This document shows, piece after piece, positions 1 to 10,999 of a DNA stretch of 64,000 nt (position 1 is its first letter; every line of letters starts with the position of its first letter). This DNA is from Hypanus sabinus (lineage: Eukaryota). A program made the position numbers and the translations under genes. The notes under the pieces were generated by a model that saw only the letters and a program-made list of their open reading frames with translations, was not told the DNA's origin and did no database searches. Where the stretch lies: positions 148,862,001 to 148,926,000 of the forward strand of contig NC_082709.1 in assembly GCF_030144855.1 (NCBI RefSeq). Direction: 5' to 3'.

Positions 1-29
1 TATGGACAAACAATCTGAGCAAAAACATG

Positions 30-240
30 ACAAATATTTCTTGCTATTATTTTTTTCCTCTTTGTATTTGCAGTTTGTTGTCTTTTGCACATTAATTATT
101 TGTCCATCCTGTTGGGTGCAGTCTTTCATTGATTCTATTGTGTTTCTTGGATTTATGGTGTTTGCCTGAAAGAAAATGAATCTCAGGGTTGTACATGGTG
201 ACATAAATGTACTTTGATAATAAATTTACTTTGAACTGTG
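30..240 (+). mobile_element. 3' tail of a Rex1/Babar-associated retroelement
   Basis: Ends ...gtactttgataataaatttactttgaac. The same tail recurs reversed at about 2561-2680 and forward at about 16370-16500. Confidence 0.55.
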
Positions 241-299
241 AAGAACATGAAAAAATGCAAAGCTATCTACTTTGAGCCGCAATACAAAAAAAGTTTTTT

Positions 300-2450
300 A
301 AATAGATGGTGAGAGATTCTGAAATGATATTGTTCACAGAGACTCAAGAATCTTTGTCCATAAGTCACTGAAAGCCAGGGTTTAGGTCCCACAAACAATT
401 AAAAAGGCAAGTGGAATGTTGGCCTTTGATTGGAGAGGAAATGATGACAGGAGTAAAAATGTCCTGCTGCATTTATAAAGGGCCTTGATGAGACTACGCA
501 GTGCATTAGTTAAGAATAATATGAGCTGCTTTAATAACTATCACCCAGTAGCACTCTCATCTACAGCGATGAAATGCTTTAAGAGGTTGGTCATGACTAG
601 GCTGAATGTCTGCCTCAGGAAGGACCTGGATCCACTGCAGTTTGCCTATTTCAACAACAGGTCAATGGCAGACGCACTCAATAGCCCTTCACACAGCTTT
701 AGACCTCCTGGACAATACAAACACCTAGGATCTTGTTCATTGACTATAGCTCAGCATTTAACACCATCATTCCCACAATCCTCATTAAGACGTTGCAGAA
801 CCTGGGCCTCTCTACTTCCCTCTGCACTTGGATACTCGACTTCCTAAGCAAAAGACCACACTCTGTGCAGATTGGGGATAACATCTCTTCCTCACTGACA
901 ATCAACACTGGTGCACCTCAGGTGTGTGTTCTTAGCCCACTGCTCTACTCTCTCTATACCCATATAGAGAGTGTGGCTGGGCATAGCTCAAGTGCCACCT
1001 ATAAATTTGCTGATGATACAACCATTGTTGGTAGAAACTCAGATGGAGACGAGAGGACGTACAGGAGCAAGATATGCCAACTAGTGGAGTGGTGTCACAG
1101 CAACAACCTTGCACTCAACGTCAGTAAGATGAAAGAGTTGATTGTGGACTTCAGGAAGGGCAAGACAAAGAACACATACCAATCCTCATAGGGGGATCAG
1201 AAGTGGAGGAGTGAGGAGTTTCAAGTTCCTGGGTGTCAAGATCTCTGAGGACCTAACCTGGTCCTAACATATTGATATAGTTATAAAGAAGGCAAGACAG
1301 CGATTATACTTCATTAGGAGTTTGAAGAGATTTGGTATGTCAACAAAAACACTCAAAAACTTATATACATGTACCATGGTGAGCATTCTGACAGGCTTTA
1401 TCACTGTTTGGAATGGGGAGGGGGGAATCTACTGCACAGGACTGAAAGAAGCTGCAGAGGGTCATAAATTTAGTCAGCTCCATCTTGGGTACTAGCGTAC
1501 AAAGTACCCAGGACATCTTTAGGGAGCAGTGTCTCAGAAAGGCAGCGTCCATTGTTAAGGACCCCCAGCACCCAGGGCATACCCTTTTCTCACTGTTACC
1601 ATCAGGTAGGAGGTACAGAAGCCTGAAGGCACACACTCAGCGATTCAGGAACAGCTTCTTCCCTTTTGCCATCCGATTCCTAAATGGACATTGAACCCAT
1701 GAATACTACCTCACTTTTTTAATATAGATTAATTCGGTTTTGATCAATTTTTAATCTATTCAATACAGGTAATTTTTTTCTTCTATATTATTGAACTGCT
1801 GCTGCTAAGTTAACAAATTTCACAATAATAAACCTGATTCTGATTCTGTGCACAGTTTTGGTCTCTTTACCTTAAAAAAAGATATGTATTTGACAGGGAT
1901 GGAATGCAGCAAAATTTATTAGATGTGGTTCCTGTCTTGCTGAGTTTGCCATAAGAGGTACCATATGCAGACACCAGACTGGTGTTCCCTAGAATTGAAA
2001 AGGCTAAGTAATCTCATTGAAACTCGAATAATCTTTCTAGACTGGATGTTGGAAAAATGCTTTGTTTGACTGAGAAGACACCTGGAATCGGAGCCAAGAC
2101 CAATTATTTTATACAGCTGTGCAGACCAACCACTGTTCTGAGCAGGAAATTTGTACATGGCCTGAAAACTGTGCGGCATTTTAATGAGACATTAGTAAAA
2201 ATTCCAGATGTGTGGCAACAAAAGTTATGTGTGCAGGAACATCGCAGTTACTGCGAGCTGCATACCCATGCAGCTTACAACTAACAGGGAGAGTAGACTG
2301 GAAAGGTCACTTAAGATTGAGATGAGAAATTCCTTTACGCAGCAGGGATAAATCTTTAAAAGCTCTAGAGAGCTATGGATGCTCAGGAAATGACAGATGT
2401 TTATGGTTTCACAGGATGGGGAAATGCCATTGAGGTTGATTACTGAGGAT
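300..2450 (+). mobile_element. Decayed CR1 LINE 3' region, split by later insertions
   Basis: CR1-type text gcaagtggaatgttggcctt...gagac stops at about 505 and resumes gtgcacagttttggtctc at 1848. Confidence 0.7.
506..1847 (+). mobile_element. 5'-truncated Rex1/Babar-clade LINE (RT, frameshifted)
   Basis: ORF fragments [59 protein letters not shown]...RFRNSFFP; (GATTCT)n tail; possible GTGCA duplication at 501-505 and 1848-1852. Confidence 0.88.
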
Positions 2451-2462
2451 ATGCAGTACTGT

Positions 2463-2560
2463 AGCACAGCCAGTTGAGGGTGGTGCCGGATAGCTCCAGA
2501 GTTTCCAGTTCAATCCTCACCTCGGGTGCTGTCTGTGTGGAATTTGCATGTTCTCCCTGT
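2463..2560 (+). mobile_element. V-SINE/HE1-like SINE, 5' half
   Basis: B-box-like gttcaatcc followed by the V-domain-like gggtgctgtctgtgtggaatttgcatgttctccctgt. Confidence 0.65.
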
Positions 2561-2929
2561 TCAAAGTTCAAGTAAATTTGCTATCAAAGTACATATACGT
2601 CACCATGTGCTACCCTGAGATTCATTTTTTGCAGGCCTGCACACTAAAATGCAAAGAATCACAATACTGTAGAATCAATGAATAAATAATTTCTGGTAAG
2701 ATTTCACTATTAAATGACGACTCTGTGTGCAGCTCCGATGGGAATCGTCAAATATTCCCGCTTAGGACTACTACAGCTGACATCTACAGTCACTGCCATG
2801 GGAACTTCATTAAATAGCATTGTTTTAAGATGTTTAAAAAAATATATCAATACTCAAAATTGACAAACCTCAAATGGCAAACTCGGGTAATGAGTGCAGT
2901 TCCCCTTTATGAAAACAGCAGAGAGGACT

Positions 2930-4860
2930 CCACGTGTACAATTGAAGCACTAAGGTCTTTGACTTCCACTCCTGTCTATCCTGCTGGTCTCTAGAAAACA
3001 AAGCTGAGGACCTCAAAGAAAGATTACTGCGTACTATGCTTTACAGAAACGTGCCTCACTCCGGCAATTTCAGGCACGGTGCTGTAGCCTGATGGCTTCA
3101 CCATTCTCTGCAATGACAGGACAGCTCCAGAATTTTAAAGGCACAGGAACTGGAGTATGCTTTATGATTAACTCATCGTGGGGCATCATGCTCACCTGCC
3201 CGGAACATTTAGCAGTCAAATGTCATCCTTTTATCTGCCAAGGGGGCTTTTCCTCCATCATCCTGGTAATGGTGTACACTCCATTTCAGGCAGGCACTAG
3301 AGGAGCAGAGCAGACACAAAACTACATACACTGCTGCCTATCATGGTGGGGTTTTCAACCAGGCCAGCTTGAAGAAGTCTATGAACAAATACCACCAACA
3401 TACCAGAGGAATCACACACTTGACCACTATCATACCACCATTAAGAATGCTTACTGTGCCGTCCCAATTACTTGGCTGTAGTCCTACTCCCGGCATATAG
3501 GAAGGAGACTAAAGACCAGAATGCCAGTGGTGATGACTGGGAAAGTATGGTGAAGGACAGTGGAGAAGTGCCTACAGGACTACTTTGAGTTGGTGGACTG
3601 GACAAAATTCACAAATTCATCTTTGAATCTGAATGAATATGCCATAGTTGTCACTGGCTTCGTCAAGACCTGGGTGGATGAGTGTGTGTCTTCAGGAACA
3701 TACCAGACATATCTAAGCCAAAATCCATGGACAATTCAGGAGATCCATTGCCTATTGAGAGATAGACCTGTGGTGTTCAAGTCCAGTGATCCAGAACTAT
3801 ACCCTAAGTCAGGTACACCTGCAGAAGGCTAGTTTAAGAGCAAAGAAAACAATTCTGATTGAGGTTAGAAATAAATCAGATGCATGTCAGTTCTAGTTTG
3901 GTTTGCAGACCAGTCCTTCCTACAAAGCAAAACCTAGCATGGCTGGGTGCGATCCTGCACTCCCAGTTGAGCTCAGTGCCTTTCTGCATGCTTTACAAGG
4001 GAGAATCCCTTCAGCATCCAGTGAGGCTGTGATTTCTGTTTTGGAGGCCGATGTCAGAACATCTTTCAAGAGGGCAGATCCTCACAAGGCGTCAAGCCCT
4101 GATGGTGTACCTGGTTGGGCTTTGAAAACCTGTGCCAACCACTTCAAGTCAAGTCACTTTTATTGTCATTTCGACCATAACTGCTGGTACAGTACATAGT
4201 AAAAATGAGACACCGTTTTTCAGGACCATGGTTTACATGACACAGTACAAAAAACTAGACTGAACTACGTAATAAAAAAACACAGAGAAAGCTAAGCTAG
4301 ACTACAGACCTACACTGGACTGCATAAAGTGCACAAAAACAGTTCAGGCATTACAATAAATAATAAACAGGACAGTAGGGAAAGGTGTCAGTCCAGGCTT
4401 CGGGTATTGAGGATTCTGATAGCTTGGGGGAAGAAACTGTTACATAGTCTGGTCATAAGAGCCCGAATGCTTTGGAGCCTTTTCCCAGAAAGCAGGAAGT
4501 AGAAGAGTTTGTATGAGGGGTGCATGGGGTCCTTCATAATGCTGTTTCCTTTGTGGATGCAGTGTGTAGTGTCAATGTCCGTAATGGGGGGAAGAGAGAC
4601 CCCGATGATCTTCTCAGCTGACCTCACTATCCACTGCAGGGTCTTGCGATCTGAGATGGTGCAATTTCCAAACCAGGCAGTGATGCAGTTGCTCAGGACG
4701 CTCTCAATACAACCTTGGCAGGGATGTTCAGGGACACCTTCAATCTCTTGCTGCCTCAGTCGGAGGCTCCTACCTGCTTCAAAAGAGCAACAATTATAAC
4801 TGTGCTCAAGAACAGCGCTGAGCTGCCTCCATGACTTTCGTCCACAAGCTTCTCCACTCA
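2930..4860 (+). mobile_element. Decayed Rex1/Babar LINE (AP endonuclease to RT start), interrupted at 4145-4713
   Basis: GVCFMINSSW, LAVKCHPF, TLDHYHTTIKNAY, DYFELVDW, KASSPDGVPGWALKTCAN. The frame continues ...HLAGMFRDTFNL after the insertion. Confidence 0.8.
4145..4713 (-). mobile_element. 3' fragment of a Rex1/Babar LINE nested in another copy
   Basis: Minus ORF ...CIESVLSNCITAWFGNC...GKRLQSIRA...RLCNSFFPQAIR; (TTGAC)n tail. The same tail family occurs at 25357-25585. Confidence 0.85.
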
Positions 4861-5109
4861 TGAGTCACATATGATGCAAAGCATCAAAAAGATATTGCAA
4901 TAGTTGTCGCTGCTTTGAGTCTAACTTTGACTTCAACAGAACTGGGGCATTGCAGTAATTTGCTCATTTCAGTCAGCTTCACAATTCTTCAAAATCAATG
5001 AATCTTTTAGAAGTAGAGAGTCATCTAGCAGTGAAACAGGCCCTTCAGCCCATCAAGTTGCACATACTATCAACTTGCACCAATCCTTCATTTTTCTAAT
5101 TTTAAGTTT

Positions 5110-5270
5110 TTCCATTCTTATAAACCCTACCCAGATTCTACTACTCACCTATGTACTAGGGGCAATTGATAGTTGCCAATTAACCCACCAAAGATGCACA
5201 TCTTTGGGGTGAGGGTGGGAACTGGAAACACCAAGAAGAAATCTATGTGGTCACAGGCAATATACCACAG
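5110..5270 (-). mobile_element. V-SINE-like fragment
   Basis: Reverse complement resembles the V-SINE central domain (..gtttccagttcccacc..caaagatgtgc..ggttaattggc). Confidence 0.5.
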
Positions 5271-5882
5271 AACAGGTAGAGACGCCATGTTCTCTTCTCA
5301 GTGCTGCCATCAAGAATGAAGGTATGGGAGCTTTAGGACCTACACCCCAGTTTCAAGAATAGTTGTTACCCCTCAACAACCAGGCTCTTGAAGCAGAGGG
5401 GCTAACTTCACTCACCTTAGCACTAAACTGTTCCCACAACCCATGGGCTCACTTTCAAGGGTCTCTTCATCTTATTCATTAGCGTGAGCATTTTCGATGC
5501 CAAGGTCTAGTGTTGGTATCAAGTGCTGGTAGACAGGATTAGTATAGTAGGGTACCTGATGATCAGTGTGGATAAGGAGGGCCAAAAGGCATGAGTTGTA
5601 CGATGGTATGAATCCAATGAAGGGAACATTCACTTTGCGCTTGCTGTTTCTGTGCTTTCACTGGTTACTATGTTTGGATGGTCTCCAGATACAGATGGAA
5701 TCAGTGTGTCTGCTGAGAAGGAAATCAGAGCAAATATTCCAAATGCTGATGATTTAAAATGGAAACACACCAGATCAGATTGTATCTATGACAAGAGAAA
5801 CAAAGTTAACTTATTGAACCAGTAGGCCTTTAGGGAAACTACATGCTGACATTCTCTGAGCTTATTAAGGGTGAGCGGATTT

Positions 5883-6394
5883 TGTCGTGGTTTTTCGTGC
5901 CTCACAAATGACCAAGAGACGCAGAAGATTCCTCAAGAATGGTTAAACTTTAATTTGCAAATCAAAGCTGAGACAGTCAGTGAGCTAGTTGCTGATTGCT
6001 CACCGATCCCGACACAGCATTTTTTATAGCAATCTCCTGGTCCAGTTTCACACGTACCCCATGAATGTCCCATTGACTTAATTATGTTCTAATTTACATC
6101 TCTTAGCTACCTCTCATTAACACACCATTGTCTTTTAAATTCCTAAGATTTCATTCCCTAGCAAATAGCAAGTTTACATTCTTAATACCTCATTCTCCTG
6201 CTAAATTGGGTACATGCATAGCAAATAGCAATCTCAGAACTGAGCAAAATAGCAAACTCAGAACTGACCAGTTCTAATCTACATCTCTTTAGCTACCTTT
6301 CACACACCATTGTCTTCTACATTCCTAGGATTTCATTTTGGTTACATGCATAGCAAGCTGACTACATAGTTTTGGTTACACAGCAAATAATACA
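5883..6394 (-). mobile_element. Solo LTR (ERV- or Gypsy-type), antisense to IGSF3
   Basis: Minus strand starts TGTA.. and ends ..CGACA. It contains internal U3-like direct repeats, TATAAAA (6022-6028) and then ATTAAA (5949-5954). The 4-bp flanks are ATTT and ACTT. Confidence 0.55.
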
Positions 6395-6609
6395 ACTTTT
6401 ATACTCCAAAATATTTTTATACTCCAATAGTACCTGGTGTGGGAAATGCACCATATCAGCAGGAGTTGAGTTTTTAAGAGGAAGATGGAAAATTTGTGAA
6501 ACTCAGAAGGGAAACTGAAGATTTAAGCAACAGTTTTGGGGTTCATGTTTAGTTGTGATTTCTTAGCACAGTATTCCCAAGCAGTAACATTATCTATGCT
6601 CTGTTACAG

Positions 6610-6999
6610 ATAAGAGCTTCAGTGTTCATTTGGAGAACGATAGGAAAGTCTTCACAGCTGGAGACAGCATGGAATTAAGATGTGTCATTCAAGCCCAAAA
6701 TATACAGGACCGATATTTCTCTGTACTGTGGATTTATAATGGTACACAAATTGCCAACATTGGCCGCAATGCTGTACCAACAATCCATGCTGACTACACA
6801 TTCAAAGAGCGTATGGGATATATAAAGTTTGCAAAGGAAACCGATACAACATATCTGCTGAAAATCTACCATATTCAGCAGGAAGATAGCGGCAAATACC
6901 TTTGCCGGGCCACTGAGCAAGAGAAAACAGTGACAGGAGACTTCATTGCCAGAGACACAAACAGATCAAGTAAAAGTTTGATCATTGTTCAGCCCGTCA
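6610..6999 (+). CDS. IGSF3: IGSF3 exon, Ig V-type domain 3
   Basis: Acceptor ttacag|AT, donor GTCA|gtaagt. Reads KSFSVHLENDRKVFTAGDSMELRC...W...LKIYHIQQEDSGKYLCRATEQEKTVTGDF, with the canonical C-W-DxGxYxC pattern. Confidence 0.95.
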
Positions 7000-8879
7000 G
7001 TAAGTAACTGTCAAAAAAAATTCTAATTCTCACTTGTAGTATTATCAACATGTAATATTTTGGTCACCAGGAATAACTGCTGAAGGACTCCAGGTTTATT
7101 TTGTATCCCTTTTCGGCCCAGATGAAGAAGCTGATTTGATACAGCGTTGCCTCCAGTTGAAGCGCAGTTGATCAGAAGCCATTTTTCTCTGCAGTTACTG
7201 TTATCTCATACATAAATTCAACTAGTCTAAGCAAAGAGTTAATTTACAGTTCTCATATTGTCAAGTTTGCTCCCAGCAGTGTGAAGATAGTGTTGCTAAG
7301 TGACAAAACTCTATCTGTACAAGAAAAACAAAAATCTCACTCATGGTTACATAAGCTTTTCTTATCTCTGATACTCTTTCACGAGAAACCAATTTCTTGA
7401 CCCAACCCATATTTTAATAACATAGCAAAGGGCATCTTTGGACCCAGTTTCTTCTTCTAAGATATAAAGATGTAACAGAAATAAAAAGTATTTTTGGGAC
7501 TGTTTATATTTTTAGTTTTGCTATCGTAGTGCAGACCTACTCCAAAGTATGTTTGCTGCAAGCCCTTTTGATTTTGAATGACGTGTTTTTGATGACTGAG
7601 TGTTGACTCTGTCTGCAGCAGCTTTGCATCTGGCTGACAAATGCTATTGTCAGAAGCATTACTCATGCAAGCACGAATAAAACCTCACCACGCTGGTTGA
7701 CTGGTAATCACTAGCCAATGCTACCGGAGAACAAACTTCCCTTTGTTTATTTTTCTCCAGAATTGATCATAACTTGGTTTTTACTAAAGCAGCACTACAA
7801 CATGGCTTAACACCAGATTTCGAACTTGGAAGTATATGAATCCTCAGTAAAGAAATGAATAGAATGATGAATGGTTGCTTGTTGGGATGAGAATGCTTCA
7901 AGCTACTGTTTTCCATAGTGTTGTATGACGTGATGAAGAGGACAGCATGACATCAGTGTCTGGACTAATGCCAGAGCACAGTGCATGGAAGCCTCCACAG
8001 TTTTCCTCCAACTGCAGTTTTAATTGCCTCAATTCAGGGGCTACTCATTTGCAATTCAGTTTCCAATTTTTCAGTGCAGTTAAAATTAAAATTACACTGT
8101 GAACAGTGTAGAGGCAGCTGGATTATGGTTGTATTTACTCTTGTTTTCCCCTTTGTATGATAATTACAACACTTACATTTTTTTGCAAGTTAATCTCTCT
8201 GTTAAAAGTAGAATTTGGAATGAACATGCCAGATTAACATTGCTCGCAGCAAGTTTCTATCCCATGTCCTCTTTCTGCTTAAAAGAGGGAATTGAAAGTG
8301 AAATGTCCCTGTGGGAACACAAAAAGCTATTCGCTCATCTGTAACATTAATGTATTTGTTCCAATGTTTTTTATTCATGGTCAATGCAAAAGTCAGTTTC
8401 TGTTGGTAACTCTGCACTTCCTATAATCTGAAGTTAAATCTTTTTATAGGAAGTAATTCAGGATGGCATGACCAGAAGACAAACACTAGGATTATTTTTA
8501 TCATTTTCAATGAGCATTGAAAATAACGTAGCCAACCCATGATGTCATGTCTGCAAGCAAAGAAAAGTGGAAACTCTGTAGCTCAGCCTAAAAATTTAAA
8601 GCAAGGTTAATCTACAGTAAGATTATACAACAATCAAAATGGGTATTTTTTTTTAAAAAAATGAGTTAGCATTCTCAAAGCAGTTTACTGAAAACAAATC
8701 CTGTCATTATTACCAAGGCTCTAAGGAGGTAACATCACCAGATGTACAGTGGGCAACTTCTGCTCAAATCAGATTCAGTAATTTTTCTATTATATTGATT
8801 AACAGTAGAATTGTAATCAAGCTGGCTATAATTCTAAAAATATACACATTATTTTTGCCGCTTCAGTCAGTTTGAAATC

Positions 8880-9470
8880 GCAGTGTTTTGAAAAAGGTTG
8901 CTTTTGAGTAATGAATGCTATGGCTATCATCTTCCAAACCCTTTATTAAAAGAGGATTTGATTACTGGGGTAGGGAAGTCAAACTGCAATTGTACGAGGC
9001 CTCTGGTGAGACTGGACCAGGAATATAGTGTTCTGTTTCTGCCTCCTTACCTCAGAAAGGATGAGCGTGGCATGGAGGGAATGCAACAAAGATTCAATAG
9101 ACTAATTCCAAGTATGGGGGAGGGAGGTAGGGTTTGTGAGGAAAGACTGAATAGTCCGTGTTTTCTGAAGTTTAGAAGAATGAGAGGGCTGTCATTAAAA
9201 CACACAATTCTTGAAGGATTTGACAGACTTGATGCAGGGAAGAATCTAGGACTGTTGGCCATAGTTTCACAATTGGTGTATTGCCAGTGAGATGAGGAAT
9301 TTGTTCTTCACTCCGTGGTTGGTAATCTGTTGGAATTCATTATCCTGAAGGGCCATGGAGAATCAACCATTGTGCTCATCACAAAGCGGATTGATAAATT
9401 TTTGAATTTTAAGGAGACCTGGGGATAAGGCTAGAAAGTGATGCTGAGGTAACAGGTCAGCCATGATCGT
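8880..9470 (+). mobile_element. Decayed CR1 LINE 3' fragment
   Basis: LVRLDQEYSVLFLPPYLRKD...MQQRFNRLIP resembles the CR1 C-terminal LVRPHLEYCVQFWSPY..KD...VQRRFTRMIP. Confidence 0.75.
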
Positions 9471-9602
9471 AATAAATGTCAGAGAAGGTTCATAGTGCTT
9501 GCTGGCCTGCTCTTGTTCCTGTTCCATTTCTTATCCTTGTACATTCTTAGTTATTATTCCTTAATACTACCAATTGTACTAATGGGATTTTATCTTCTAC
9601 AG

Positions 9603-10004
9603 AAAGTAGTTTGAATGTTGCCGTTACCAGTAACACCACCAAGGTTTTGGAGGGTGAGATGCTTCAGTTTTCCTGCAACGTCCATTCACTAATCAGAAAC
9701 CACAGTCGTCTCTCTGTCACCTGGCAGTTAATAAGTAAACGGGGACAGGCCAGGGACATCATCAGCCTGGACCACGATGGGACCCAAGTTACGAATACAT
9801 TCTATCAGAAGCGTAGCGCTAGCGGAGGCCTCAGGTTGGTCAAACAGCGGCCAGGTTCCTTTACGCTCCAACTCCACAATGCAGCAGTATCAGATGATGG
9901 AGCATACGTTTGTACAGTGGCTGAGTGGACCACAAATATGGTTGGAGACTGGCAGCGAATTGGAAAACAATCTTCTCGCACTGTAGCAGTGGTTACTCCC
10001 CTTG
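9603..10004 (+). CDS. IGSF3: IGSF3 exon, Ig V-type domain 4
   Basis: Acceptor ttctacag|AA, donor CTTG|gtaagt. Reads SSLNVAVTSNTTKVLEGEMLQFSC...SVTWQL...DDGAYVCTVAEW. Confidence 0.95.
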
Positions 10005-10352
10005 GTAAGTGCCTTCACCAAAACCCCAAGAACTGAAAGCTTTCTGTCCTTTCCTCTAGTTACTGTCTGATTGTACAGAAGTTAAACTGTTTTTGATTAT
10101 ACCTAGATTTTCTAGATCAATGTGTTGACTTGGGAGCAGACTATTTTGGCATTAAGTGATGAGAACAGGTTAACTGATAGTTAAACAGGTAAGCTCCCTT
10201 TAGAAGAGGAAACTATAATATGATAGAACTTAAAAAAAGATGGAAGTGACTTTGATTAATCCAAAATTTAATCAAAACAAATGAAGTTTTACAGCGCTGG
10301 CTACAGTACGATGATGACAAGCACGCAATGGTGAACTTTTTCAAGAATTAAT

Positions 10353-10440
10353 GACGAATGGTCTCGGCCCGGAACGTCAACAGTGCTTCTCCCTATAGAT
10401 GCTGCCTGGCCTGTTGTGTTCCACCAGCATTTTGTGTGTG
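10353..10440 (+). mobile_element. 88-bp PLE-terminus insertion with 13-bp TSD
   Basis: TTCAAGAATTAAT at 10340-10352 and 10441-10453. The insert is near-identical to 22601-22688. Confidence 0.88.
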
Positions 10441-10633
10441 TTCAAGAATTAATACATAGTTTATCACCAATATACATACCTTTTTGTCACATAAAAACCT
10501 AGCAGGAAGTATTGGCCGACAGTGATTCACAGAAGTTGGTATAAGAAACTCCTGGTGATTATTTTGCCAAACTCATTGTCACTTGTTTCATGACCAACTG
10601 TGAATTTTCCCTGAGGTTCCAGGCAGTGGGCGG

Positions 10634-10880
10634 TGTTGTGTTTTGTAACTCCAAAACATAAATGTAATTGAACGAAAAACACAGAGCCGGGAATAACATG
10701 TCTTTAGTTTCAGTTTATTAAACAGGTGAGATGAGCACATAAGAGGTGGTGGCATAATGACGTGAGTTATTCAAGTACTTTTAGATGTAACCCGTAATGT
10801 TTTATGTAACAACAATCAATGTCTAATCAAACAACATATTTTACAATATTACTCAAATATTACTAAAGTATTGCACAGCA
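10634..10880 (-). repeat. Gypsy 3' LTR
   Basis: Aligns with 14775-14999 (tgtt..gttttg.aact.caaaaca...taatgacgt...gtactttta...acaatattact). Confidence 0.8.
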
Positions 10881-10999
10881 CTTAGCTATAAACAACTCAG
10901 CACAGAATGCATCTAAACTTAAATATATAATGGCGGTATTCGTACAACTACTGTGTAGCCATACACAGTACAGTAAATTTTAAATTATCCCATTCAGGA

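Noticed and set aside
2095-2290. Possible hAT-like MITE inside the CR1
   Set aside because: The ends are too degenerate to define TIRs or a TSD.
2500-2520. B-box motif as a tRNA gene (also near 46275)
   Set aside because: No cloverleaf; it is followed by a V-SINE body.
1-6609. Search for IGSF3 domain 1-2 exons
   Set aside because: No Ig-like frame found. The region is almost all repeats, so these exons must lie upstream of the window.
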